NCBI GenBank assembly: GCA_965178125.1
Contig: OZ237738.1
Span: 1,116,001 to 1,180,000 of the forward strand
Source: Bilabrum cf. latius
Lineage: Eukaryota
Length of the DNA: 64,000 nucleotides
Direction of reading: 5' to 3'
The notes under the pieces are model-generated. The model was not told where the DNA came from. It saw only the letters and a program-made list of their open reading frames with translations, and searched no databases. Of this stretch, positions 11,636 through 24,154 are shown piece after piece. How positions within the stretch are numbered: the first letter of the stretch is position 1; every line of letters begins with the position of its first letter. The translations under genes and the position numbers were made by a program.

Positions 11636-13815
11636 ATGTCTGAGTACGACGGCTACGGCAGCGACTACGACCCGGATGGGGGTGATTACGACGATTACAA
11701 TGGGTATGACGGTGAAGGCGTTGACGATAGTGGTTTAGAGCCATATGCTCCGGTACGGGAAGCCTCGGAAGGTGTTGGTGGAAAGAAATTCGACGACTTG
11801 GTCGAACCCGAAGCTCGTGCAGCATACAAGCGGTATAACCCTGTAATTTTGGAACGAGAAGCGCCATATCAGATCATAGAGGGCAAGAATGCATGGCCAG
11901 CCCTTGTAGATACAGCAGCGGAGATCTCACCAACTCTTTATGTTACAGTTCCCGACACAATCCAGCTGCTAATGGGCATGGGGTTCGACCGTCGCGCCCT
12001 TGAGCAGCAGTGGGTTGATGACAGGGAAAAATGCTTGCAAACTGCGAACATGGTGGACCCCAGTGACGGCTAGTACGTGCCAAAGGACCCCGTGGCTTCC
12101 TCGAGCGGGCAGGCTCCGATGGAATCCGGTGACAGTGAAGGCAAGGAGGGAGAAGAAGAGGACATGTGCATGGTATGTTTTGCATCAGTCCCAAAGTCGC
12201 AGATGGATGCGCCTCCCTGCGGCCATTCCATGTGCAGGCCGTGCTGGGGCCAGCACGTCGGCGTCGCCTTGGAGTCCAAGGGTGACCTCCTGAACCTCGG
12301 GTGCGCCGAGCACGGCTGCGGCAAGCGCCTCCCGTACACAATGCTGGAGGCATACCTGACACCGGAACAGCTGGACAAGTGGCAGCGGTGGGCGGGTGCA
12401 GATTTCGCAAGCACAGACGATGCGATCCGCACCTGTCCGAATCCCAAGTGCGACCGCATGCACTACTACGCCAAAGCTGTCCCAGTGGACGTCCACTGCC
12501 CCGCGCCGTGCGGGCACATATCTTGCTTCAGCTGCGGTAAGGACGGCCATTTCCCAGCGACGTGCATGATGGCCGTGAAGTGGATGGACAAGACGGCCAA
12601 AGATTCGGCCTCAGTGGCGTTCATCCGGCAGAGCACCCGCCCTTGCCCGCGGTGCGGCATGCCTATCGAGAAGTGAGCGGACAGAACCACTACTATCCCA
12701 CCCATTCACGAAACGCTTCTCCGTCACAGGTTACCCGCTGTTTTGCTCACCCCACTGGCATGTCCAACCTCCTCTCCTCTCCCTCTTCCCCCCCCTCGCA
12801 GGAATCAAGGGTGCAGCCACATGCAGTGCGGGAAGCACGCGCATGGTGGCACAATCGCCAAGGAGCATGGGTGAGACAGAGCATTCCTCCACCCATCGAC
12901 TCTATCTATGCAAAGTTGCAGACACTTTGAAAAAAGAAATTGCCTGTGCATTTAATCTGCCGTCTTGCTCACTACAATGTCATGGATCGCAGATGCGGAC
13001 TCAATTTCTGCTGGATCTGCATGCAGCCCCTCGACAAGCACACCAACTGCACGCCCTGGAATCCAGAGGGCGCGTACACCGGCAAGGGTGGCATGAGCAA
13101 GTCGGAGCTAGGCCGGTTCATCGATTCCGCCTCCCTGTACGAGAACCACCAGACGGCGCAGAAGGCCGCGATCGCCATGCGCGCCAAGATCCAGCAGACC
13201 CAGGAGGAGATTCAGCTGGTTCGCAAGCGTCCGCAGGTTGAAGTCATCCACCTCGAGCGGGCGCTGGAGGAGGTGGAGGAATCGAGGCGCATCCTCGCCA
13301 ACCAGATAGTGTTCGCCTTCTACCAGCACAGGGACCCTCGCCTGAAGCTGTTCAAGGAGCAGGAGAAGCAGCTGGCGGACAACGTGGATCGGCTGCAGCA
13401 GCTGCTTGAGGGCAAGCCTGGGGAGCTGCCAGTGAGCGAGCAGTTTGCCTACCACGACGACGGCACGCAGTGGCTCGCAGACGCCTTCAACCAGGATAGG
13501 ATCGCGATCCGCACTTTGACCATGCGGACGAAGGAGTACAGGGAGGGGCTGTCCAAAGCGGTGAGCATGGCCGGTCTCGAGGCGGACATTGGGGCCAAGG
13601 CGGGTACCATGGATAGGATCATGGCGGGGGGAGGCGCCTCGGACGGGGGCTCTGGCGGCGGGTCTGCTGCCATGGGGGGCGCTGCTGACGAGGAGCGAGC
13701 CGCTGAGATGGCCAAGAAGGCGGATGCGGAGCTGGCGGCGCATGCCAGCCTCGGGTCGTTCGCGGACCAGATGAGAAGGGCGATGCAAGCCTCGGCTGGT
13801 ATGTCCGGATCGTGA
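11636..13815 (+). CDS. ARIH1: Ariadne-family RBR E3 ubiquitin ligase, 3 exons
   Basis: Exons 11636-12672, 12802-12870, 12993-13815. Acidic N-terminus, RING1 (CMVC..CGHSMCRPCW), IBR (CPNPKC..CGHISCFSC..H.PATC), RING2 (CPRC..IEKNQGCSHMQC..FCWIC), helical Ariadne domain. TAG at 12071-12073; ends TGA. Confidence 0.9.
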
Positions 13816-13967
13816 GCATAGGCGCCGCCTTTTTGTTTCCCCGCTAGACTCTAGACCGTTCCTCCGTTCCCGTGCAATGTAATGGTTCCGGTTTCTCGCG
13901 TTCCTGAACTAGACTTTATGCTGAGATCATTAATTGCATAGCCGGACGTGTAATTTTAGAATAAAAG

Positions 13968-16076
13968 ATGCTGTCTGATTGGGCCAAGGGCTGCGTGGCA
14001 GGACTACGGAGCGATCAGAGTTGCCATGGGCTTTTGCAAGCATACCGACTGGGCCTCGCCGACGCAAAAGCCATTGGCGGCGCCATAAGGGACTGTAAAC
14101 TACGGTCTATCTCTCTGAGATCCATAAAATGCGAGGAAGATACCGCGTATGAGGCACTATTCAATGCTGCAATTGCATGTGTTCCGATAGTACAAATGCA
14201 TGTGTCCTAGTTTGCGCCAGGCGAGCCTGATGGTACTCTCTAGTTTGCCGCTGCCCTAAAGTAGACCGGATCAATTCGTTAGCTGGACTTGTCAGGAGCG
14301 AAATTGCCATCTGATGTGACCGAGTAGGTGTGCGCAGCCATTCCATCGCCGTTCTGCCGCCTAGAGAGTCTGCTATTGCATGCATGCGGGCTAGAGCAGG
14401 AGAGCGTCTAGGTAGTTGCTGAAATGCTCAGACTCAACCCCCCGCTATTGCATCTGCAAATTGGCGCGAATTCCATCGGGCCAGAAGGCACGGCTCGCAT
14501 CACGGAGGCGCTCGAGCACAACACGAATCTAGAGACGCTCGGCATGCCCGGGAACCATATGCAGAACGAAGGCGCGGTCGCAGTGGCTCAGATGCTGAAA
14601 CGAAACGGATCCATCCGCCGCTTGTACATTCAAAGCAACTCCATCCAGGCCGCCGGCACTGCTCGCATCGCCGAAGCGCTCGAGCATAACGCCACACTGC
14701 AGGATCTGCACATTGGCAGCAACGCAATCGGTGACGAGGGCGGCACCGCGCTCGGCAAGGCCCTCGCTCGTAACGTGTCGCTGAAAAACTTGTGCCTGGG
14801 CGGCTGTGCCCGCGAGGGGGCATCCACGTAGGCTATCCTGGAGGGCGCTGGCGATGCCTCTCGCCTGGAGCACCTCGACATGCAATCTCCCGAGGTTGTG
14901 GAACGACCGCCGTTCGATGCTAAGACGATGCGGGAGGTGTACATGCGAGCGTGGTAGAAGAGCCCGACCCTGCTAAAGATTGAACTGAGCATGGGACCTC
15001 TGGCTCCCATCGGACTGGACCACCCAAGCGCGTGCGGCACGGCAGCCATCGACGCCAAATCCAGGGTGGTGTCTCTAAGAGAAGGGATCGGGCTGAAGAC
15101 TGCGGCCGCTCAGGGCTCCCTTCAGGCTCTAGACCGGCTTCATGTAGTGCCATCATCCAAAGGCTTAGTGGTGTTCCCAAGCGATGCATCTTCAACGGCT
15201 GGTGGTGCTCCTCGCGGACATGAAATTGAGAGTGCATGCAGCCCCATGCTTGAGCGTGCCAGGCTCGTGGTGGGCATCCTCGCTGCGTGTACACGGCGCA
15301 GCAGCCTTCCAGATCTTCGTGGGTGGACGGCTGACATGACCAAATCCGTGTCTGAGCACACGCTCGGGATTCTTGCGGAACTGGCAGCTACACTGGAAGA
15401 GTCTGTTGTGGAACTTGGAAGCTCGGTCGCTGGTGCAAGCGAGGCTGCAGCTGGTGCAAGCGAGCCCGTACCATGCTCAGATGCAGCGGCACAGGCTACT
15501 GACGCCGAGGAAATACGTCGAAAAGAGCCCCTGCTGCTGTCGAGCTGCGCCCTAGCTAGCGCGCTCGCGGACGCTCACATGCACGCGAACGAGGACGCCA
15601 CCTGTCTCGCGGCCCCGCTGATTCCGTGCTTGAGGATGGCTGCATCGGAGGGGCACCCCTGCGGCAGCACATCGGTGCGATCCATGCTAGGATCACTGAG
15701 GTTGATACTCAGGCATGGCCGGTTTCCCTTGGCAGGGTGTGTCAGGGACCTTGAGGTGGTAGACCAGCGCATAGCCGGGTATCGGAAGCGGTCCCTGGCG
15801 GGTTGGAGGGACGCGGCTTGCGCTCACAGAGACGCGTATCTGGTGCATCAGGCCGCGCGGGAGGGAAGGCCTCTAGAACTAGCGAAGCGGCTCCAGCTCG
15901 GTGTGCGCGCCGGTGGGCTCACTTGTGAGTACGATGTCGGTGGCCGGTCGGTGCGGGCACTGGAGGCCGCACAGCTTGGCGGCCACGAGGAGTGCGTGAA
16001 GCTGCTATAGAAGTCCATGATCAAGCCCGAGGACGTGGGGAACAGTGCTCTCTTTGCTGGTGATGACGATGATTGA
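13968..16076 (+). CDS. RNI-like (NLRC3-type) leucine-rich repeat protein with C-terminal ankyrin-like module, 702 aa
   Basis: ATG 13968 to TGA 16074-16076 with 9 TAGs. 28-aa LRRs (ALEHNTNLETLGMPGNHMQNEGA; ALK*TGSIR*LDLSG). C-terminal ALEAAQLGGHEECVKLL*. Confidence 0.85.
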
Positions 16077-16115
16077 TCCTGCGGACAGTCGAGGGAGTCG
16101 GCGTCCCAGCTAGGA

Positions 16116-17003
16116 TCAACCCAGCGCATCATCCATGGCAGCTCCTGTTGGTACGCCCCATACTCTGTGCTACCTTATATCAGCCACGGAACCAGTTTTA
16201 GCACTGCCGAGATCTGAGCGCTAGCTGCCCGTGGCTGCACCTCCTCCGGCGGCTCTTGAGCTTCGGGGGGCGGAGGTCATACCGTGACCTTGCATGATGG
16301 CACCACCCGATCTCGATCCCACACCCAACTGTCTGGTGGCATCAATGGCTACCCCACTGAATCCCTATCGTTCCTCGCCGCTTGCAGCGAAATCAGCGCC
16401 TTCAAGATGTTTTCCGAGGTCACCTGCCACTGCCTGTTCAGCATCCGGTTCACGCACGTGAGGTTCGATGAATTTCTCGGGATACTTATGGACCTCTACC
16501 ATGTGCCGCCTTCTTTCTGCCTTCATGATGCTCTTGTGCTTGCATTCTGGCACAAAGCATTCGAATATCGGTCGCTTGGGGCCCCCTCTCGCGTTCCTCT
16601 CTCGCATCGCCGAAAAGAACGCGTCGTGAAACTCGGACACGTGCAAGGCAAGCACGTGTGCGGTCCCAAAGCTGGCGCTGCACTACGAGCAGACGTGACA
16701 ATGGACGGACCAGTAGTGGTCCTCCATGGCCCTGGCTGATTTGAACACCAAGCCACAGTCTGGGTTGCTGCAAGCGTGGCAGTGCTCAGTCGCACGTTCT
16801 CCCGCGGCACTGATGGGTGCCATGGATGTCGACAACTCTTCCAAGGCCATGCCCTGAGCTCTTGGAATTCTGAAAGCCCTATGATCCTCCAACAGGGATG
16901 CGTAGGGATTTACAAATTCAATATCGGCGCAAATGCCAGGCTTTACACCTGCTGCCAGGTCAGTGGATCGCCGCTTCCCTACCAACCCCCCCAAACCTGA
17001 CAT
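16116..17003 (-). CDS. ZNF511: ZNF511-like C2H2 zinc finger protein, 295 aa
   Basis: ATG 17003 to TGA 16116. Three fingers: CSNPDC..F..HY..H, CS*C..F..L.LHVSEFHDAFF and FECFVPEC..RRRHMVEVHKYP. 4 TAGs (16683, 16365, 16221, 16170). Confidence 0.85.
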
Positions 17004-17335
17004 TATAAAGCAGATCGAGTTAGCTTAGAACACAGGGTCGGGCCAGTACCGAATCTTTGGGCGGGATTAGCGAGCTACCCAACACTCTACAGCTATTACA
17101 GGTATGATACCGCGAAACAGATGTCACAGACAGTTACTCAAAACGTACCAGCATGTTCACGCGGTATTCCTCTCATGAATGGTCATTGATACTGTATATT
17201 AACCAACCAGATACTACCATTATACCACACGAGTGCATAACCAACTGGATTCGTTTTCTGAGTAGCGTGCAGTTACCAAAAGTGGGTCTCGGCGGCGACA
17301 AAACTCGTGCACATTGGATCGCCAGGCCGCTAGGC

Positions 17336-20300
17336 ATGGCTCTCGATGAAAAATTAGAAACTTTGTCCATAGAGCTCCAGAGAGCCCTGCAGGAACGTGA
17401 TGAAGCCCTTCACCAAGCGGCGCACGCCAAGATACAGCTTGCCGAAACCGCATTTTAGCGTGAATCTGAGGACAACGAACAGCGAAGACACGCAGAGGAT
17501 AGTCTAAAGGGTCTTAAGTCAGCAAACGAAGAACTGCGGCGCAAGTTAGAACAAGAGCAGACCAAAAGTGAAGCCCTATAGGCAGCTCTCTCTGCCATGC
17601 CGGCTGCTGAGCAGGTTGATCCTGACGAATACGCTGAAGCACTCCAAGAAAAACTTATCACATTACACGAACGAAATGCGTCTTTGGTCCTGGAGGCTAC
17701 GGCGGCTCGGCACGATGCAGAGATCTCCACGCTTGCGGCGGATTTGCTTGGCGAGAGACTGATCTCCGCAACTCGTGGGATGCCACTGGGCAGTTCGTCA
17801 GTTCATAGACGAGCCAATGCCGAAATACTGGCGTCCAATCAATAGTCCGACGAGTAGCGCGATCGTGACGCAAGGCGGGCGGAAGTTGTTCGAGTGGCGC
17901 ACCAGACGATGCTCGGCAGCAAATCGCCGCAATCCACGCACGGATTGGGCAAGCGGGCGCCTGCGCCCCCCGGAATCGATCCTAACGCGCCACCAGCAGA
18001 AACTTCAGCATCCCGTGCAGGAAGCAGTGGCGCTAGTCCCGCGTGGGACCTTGTGTCGCCTTCTGTGGCCGACCCGATGGCTGCTCTCGCGGCCCACAGG
18101 AGGAGCGTAGATGGCATGCAGGGACGGGGGGGCAGGGGTCACCGCAGGACGGCGACGGCGGGGGCAGGCCGAGGCATGGCTTTTAAATCGAACTAGCAGC
18201 CCGGTGGGCTGGACTTGGAAGCGGTGGCCGTGGCAGCTTCGGGCGTAGGGGGGGGCGCAGGTGCAGGGGGAGGCGCAGGTGCAGGTGCAGGTGCGGGGTT
18301 CGGGTTGACAACCGTCGCTGAAACCGCCGAGGAAGGCGGGGACTCTTCTCCTGCCGTAGCAAAGATTCCTTTCGGCAATACCGACGGTGTTCCATCGCAG
18401 CAGTCCAGGCCGCCTGTCGGTCCACCCACCCTGCCCCGCCATGGAGAGGCCCCTCTCAGGACGGCCCTCAGCGTGGGTCGGCTTCCTAGCCTGATGCGGT
18501 CTGTGACAGGGGGGAGCGATGCGGGGGGGGGTGAAGAAGAGGATGGGTAGGATGACGATGAGTTGGGAAGGGAGGCTGGAGACCAGTCTTCCGCCGACGG
18601 CGTCGTACCTGGATCTGGATCTGGGCGGTCGTCCGGAGAGTCTGGCAGGACGGGCCCGGGTGCAGCCAGAGGCGCGGGATCGGCGCATGGACCTGCATCA
18701 ACTGCAGCGTCAGCATCGTCCCGATCCGCGTTGCAGGAGAAGAAGAGACGTAAGGGCCTACGCGCCCTAGCCACGCAGGGTCTCGGCACTGGCACCGACA
18801 CCATGGGCAGTGAGATCGGCCGAGGACACAGGCAGTCGCTTGCCGTGAAGACCCCCAGGCCGGGCCGGAGGGCGCGACGGGAGTCCGCAGCCGGCATCGT
18901 GACCCGCGTCCTGGATTCTATCCCTCTCCTTGCCACCTTGTCGCACGCCGAGCGCAGCATCTTCGCCGCTTCGATGGAGATGCAGCGCTTCAACGACCAG
19001 GAGGTGGTGTTTCACGGGGCCTCGTCGCCGCCGCAGCCGCAGCAGCACGGCGCAGGGACCATCACGGGGCCGAACAGCCGACTTGCAAGCACTCGATCTG
19101 CCCGCAGGCACAATCGCCCAGTCCCAGGCGCCGATGCACTGTTTGTGGTGGTCAGCGGGCACATCGCCCTGTACCCTCCTTGGACCAAGGACGGTTTCCT
19201 GCGGGACCAGAGAGCACTCGCAGCCCGCAGTCCTCGCAGCCAAACTGCTGCGTCCGGTGGCGCGCACGGCAGTTCGCGCACGAAGAGGCACGACTGGGCA
19301 GGCGCAAGCAAGATGCTCGAGGCGTCGGAAAGGAGCAAGGGCAAGGCGCCTTCCGCAGTCACCACTGTGAAACGGTACGCCGCGGGCCAGTGGTTCGTGG
19401 GCGCCACCGTGGGTGCGGGCACGGCCGTCGCGCGAGGGCGAGATGGCGCCGCAGTCATGCACCTGCGGCCTGGCTTGCTTGGTTAGATCTTGCACTGGGT
19501 GGGCGGCAGTCGCAGGGTGAGGGCGGCAGCGATGCGAGGAGCTGGATTCCGGTCCCGGCCCCGCAGCTCGAGCCTGGACGAGTCTGCTGCTGGGCGTGCG
19601 CGTGCTGGTTAGGGGCAGGGGTCACGGTCGATTGGCCGTGGCTCGGCTGCTCTTGGCATTGGGGGGGGCGGTACCTCCCCAAACGGGCCCAAGGGTGCGG
19701 CCGGGCCATCGGCACCCCCTACCACGGAAGAGCTGCTCCGTGCCAGAGCCAGCGAAATGGGCCTGTTGCTCGTCCCTGCCATCCGCAGCAGCACACGAAG
19801 GTCGGCAGGCTCATCTGCCGTCGTGCTTTAGGCCCTTCGGCCCATGCTGCGGCTGGAGAGCCACAGGAGAGGCTTCACCCTCGAGACGTTTCATTCCAGG
19901 GTCTCCCGCGCGCAGACCAAGCAGGCCTACATGCGCGCGGTTGGGGTGTCCAAGCAGACCCTCCACGAGGTGTCCCAGCAGCGGAGAAGGCTGGCGGCCG
20001 GCCCTGGCGCATCCATATTCGAGCCGGTAGCAGTGCGGGGCCTCCCCGTGCAGAGGGTCAAGATCGCCCCCCTATTTGCCTCGGATGACTCAATGCCGGC
20101 CTCCATGGCGCACAATGCAACCAGCAGCCCTGCAGGGACAGGCTCCACCGGCCATTCCGTCGCTTCGATGGACCATGCAGGGGCTGGAGCCAGCGGAGGT
20201 GCAACCGAGCAGGGTGCTCTCAAGTACGAGGACCTCTGGCAACACCTCAGGCAGAGCCGTAGAGACCTGCAGAGGGAATCGGGGATGCTAGTGAACGGAC

Positions 20301-23300
20301 ACATGTACGTGCTGGGCGGCGCCATGAGTCAGAGCGCTACTTTGGAGAGTGAGAGCGACTCGGACGAGACCGAGAGGAGCGAGGCCACGCCGAGGAGGAC
20401 GCCGAGGCTGAGAGGAGGAGGAGGAGGAGGCGACGGCGCATCCCGAGAGACACTCGAAGCAAGGGTGGCCAAGCTGGCGCACGCGCTGGTCCGGGCAGCT
20501 GCGAGTGCCCTGGATCCGCTGTTCCCCGAAGCCGAGCCCGTATCTAGTCCTACTGCCGATCGAGATGCGCCTGCAGCACACCAAACGAGAACTGGGAACG
20601 GCGAAGGCGAAGTGCCGCACGCAGATCTTGCCCCGAAGACGGCAGATTCAGCCGACTCCGGAGGCATCGGCGTAGCGCGTGACGCGGTGCGATCCGGCGA
20701 GCTCAGTCGCGCCTCGTCTTTCGGCTCTGTGCGGTCCGTCAATGACGATGACGGGCTGCAGCAGCACTTGCCGTCTTCGACCGGCGGGGGCGCCGCTGCG
20801 GAGCCGCAAGGGAGAGGTAATAAGGTGCACTTTCCCGCCGTAGGAGGTGGGAGCTCGGATGCTGCGGATAGCGGCAGCAGCGGTGTGCCGCCCATGGACG
20901 CGAGGGCGAGGCGCAGGTGGATCCGGGCTCTGGCCACGAGGATCGCAGCGCAGGCAGTCATCGCTGCATCTCGGACGCACTCGGGCGGAGACAGCTATGC
21001 CGCCGCAGTGCACGGGTTTTCCTGCCCCGGGCTGGTGCTCCTGACCCCCTCTAGCCTGCAGGCACCCGAACCTAGGGTATCCATCTGGCTGGCAGAAGCA
21101 GAGGACGATGAAGAAGACGGGCAGCCCGATAAGGTGGTCAGGGTGCGCGTGACGGTCACGAATGGTTATCGTGCGATGCACCTCGCAGACTTCGGGATGG
21201 GCGAGGAAGAAGATCAGGACGAGCCGTGGGCTGTCGTGCGGGCGACGATCACGCACACCTTCCGGTTCGAGGTTGTGCCGAAAGCAGTGCGAGAGGCCAT
21301 GCTCCACGCGCCACCGAGGGCACTTCGACTGCTAGGGGCGAGAGGTGCCACGCGTCGGCTGCTGCTGGGCCCCCAATCGAATACGGGCCTGGGAGTCTCA
21401 GGGAACGACTTGGGTGCAAGCATAGTCCACGGTGACGGTGGGTCACCAACTCGCCTTCTGATGCAGGGCGGCGATGGCGCGCTCGGCGCGATCGTTCCTG
21501 CCTTGCCCGCGGTGTCGCCCGTCCCCTTTGGCGCTCCTCAGAGCAGGGAACAGTCACCGGAAGCGGCCGGCACCAAGGGAATACCTCGGTCCTACGAGCA
21601 CTTGGAGGCTGGCGCTACTGCTGCTGCTACAGGTGACAGCGCTGTCCTGCACGAGGAGGACGTTAGGGAATCTGGGCCCTCCATGGGGAGGCAGGAGGAC
21701 AACGAGGGGTCAGATGATACGGCCTCCGCGGACCCGTTCTCGGACGGCCACTCGAGTGGGGGCGAGACGGTGTTCAGTGAGACTGGAGGAGCCGAAAGCG
21801 ACACTCCGGCCGATGATGAGGCGCAGGCCGCTCTAGACGCTCTGGTTGCAGGCACGGGAGGAGCGAGACAGGGCACCGATCAAGTGGCAGGACATGGACA
21901 GTCGGACAAAGCAGAGGCTAGAAGCCATGGGTAGGGCAAGGGTAAGCCCTTGGACGCCAAGTCCGTGCTGCGCGGGGTGTATGGCACTGCGGTGCCCCGC
22001 CGCGCGCTAGCTGCATACCGGAGGGCGCGTATCGCCGCCCGTGCCCTTCGCAAGCAGCGCGCCCTCGCCAGGGAACATCAGAGGGAGGAGGCACGAAGAC
22101 GGCTTGCTCAGAGCAGGGCTCGAGCAGCCACCGCCCTGGGCACGCCGTCTGCAGGCACTAGCAGGAAGCGGGTGGGTTTTTTGGACGAGGCAGAGGAAAA
22201 CAGCGGTCTTGCACTGGGCGCGGGGGGCACGGGGCGGAGGCTGCCCTCCGGCGGTCCCATCCACCGGTCGGCCAGCGCGACAGGTCCCGAGTCACCTCTC
22301 GACGCCGCATCACCCCCGGAGATCGACCGTGCCATCAGCGAGCGAGGAATCGCTGATTTGCGGCCGCGTGGGCGTGCCTCCACAATGGCAGGGTCACCTT
22401 CAGAAGCAAGGGGGCACACAGCGATGGGCGGGGTGAAGAAACCGGGGCCCAATGCAGCCACGCAGGCCCATGGGCGGCACCAGCAGAAGAAAGGAATCTT
22501 CAACACGCTGGGCACGTTCTTCGGTTTCGGCTAGAACAAGCAGGGCCACGAGACCACGCCGGGTGGCGGCGCCGCTGAAGATGGCGACACGGACGCCGCG
22601 AAGCCCTTGGCTATCGTCGGTGGGGGGAGGCGCAGGTCTCGGGTGGAGAGCGACGGCATGTCCTCGGTGGATGCAGAGGCAGAGGTGATAGGCAGCTTCT
22701 CCCCGGTGGAGGATAGCGCCGCTTCCTGCGAAGGCACACCCCGGACTCCATTCTCGTTGGAACCCTCGGGACGAGGGAGCGAAACAGCTCGGAGGGATGA
22801 CCGCGGCGACGACGCGGGCACATCGACAGAGGCGCACCAAGCAGATGGGGCGGAGCTGCCACCACCATCCTCGAGCTTGTCTCCCAGCTTCGGGTCGGGT
22901 CGCCGGTCGCTTGAGAGCTTTCTAGGGAATGCAGGCGGCGGCGGTACTGGAGACAAGCATGGCGGAAATGAGCAGGGTGAGCCACCGGCAGCTGGAGAGC
23001 AGACTTCTCATCAAGACGAGAAGGGCAGAATGTCCGCGGATGGAAAGCAAGACCCAGGGGCCGGAGGAGTCATCGAGGGACGTCTCAGCAGCACCGGTGC
23101 CGTTATAGATACAGGGATATCAGGCAAGAGCAGCAATTCTGGTGACGCGGGGCAGAAGCAACGAGGCTCACAAGGCTCTCCTGCAGTGCAGATGCCGGGG
23201 CAAGCTCTATCGACCGGAGGGGCCTCCACGGCGTCTTCCGTCGCAAGCCGGTGGCGACGCGCGGCTGGCAGGGGTATTTTACATCGCAGAGGGCTTCGTA

Positions 23301-23668
23301 GTGGAGACGTGTCGAAATCGAGCGCCGTGGCACAGCTGCTCCAAGGGAAGCAGCTTCGCCGCAAGAAAGCGAAGCGGGACTTGCTGCAGCTTGCAGTGGC
23401 GGCCATGGGCGGCAAGGTTGACTGGGGCGAGCTTATGCAGCGCTCAGACGTTCAGGGGCCACCGGGAGCTGAAAATGGCGATCCGTCGGCCGCATCAGAC
23501 GGGAGGAGTGGCGAGCACAGCAGCCGTGCCGGTGCGACCTCGGGAGGCATGTCCTAGGTCGCGCGTGAGGGCGCTTCCTTCTTGGAAGGCGTCGCACTGG
23601 CATCAGATGCCATTGCATGCGTTGATGAGGGGCGACAAATGTCCCTTCAGGTTGTTGCTCTCGTTTGA
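17336..23668 (+). CDS. About 2110-aa protein: N-terminal coiled coil, degenerate cyclic-nucleotide-binding domain, unknown globular domain, long disordered regions
   Basis: One frame from ATG 17336 (frame is open from ATG 17153) to TGA 23666-23668 with 12 TAGs, linking nine listed ORFs. cNMP-like sequence LDSIPLLATLS..RFNDQEVVFHG..DALFVVVSG..YAAGQWFVG. Confidence 0.75.
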
Positions 23669-24154
23669 TGAGAGTGATCCGGGTGACTGGAGATGGTTCG
23701 ACAGGTAAAAAATCGAGTGCAAAGGAAGGAGCGAGAATGCGCCGTCTAAAGTGGCCGCATATTTGGTAACATGATTGATCATTTGAATGTGTCTAAAAGC
23801 TTGCGCATGAGTCAGGGTCTTACTAACCTTTAAGCCAAAGTATGTTAGACTTCAAGTTGCGAGTGCAGCCAATCAAGAGCCCATCACATTTTGATGGACT
23901 GATTATTGGCGGGCTTCACTTTCAACATCACTTTCTCAAGGTTTGCGTTTTTGTTATAGTAACAGAGGAATTTTCGGCAACGTATCCATCGTTGACGGTG
24001 AGTGAATCCACCTAGGTGTCCAAGTACGCGCTGGCTGATGCACTGCGTTCACGATCTGGCAAGACACTCGCTCGCAAGGGAAGCGGCGGCGATCATGTAT
24101 CCGGCCTCCTGTCATCGCAGCCCCTTCGTTCAAGAAAGCTACCATAGCACTACA

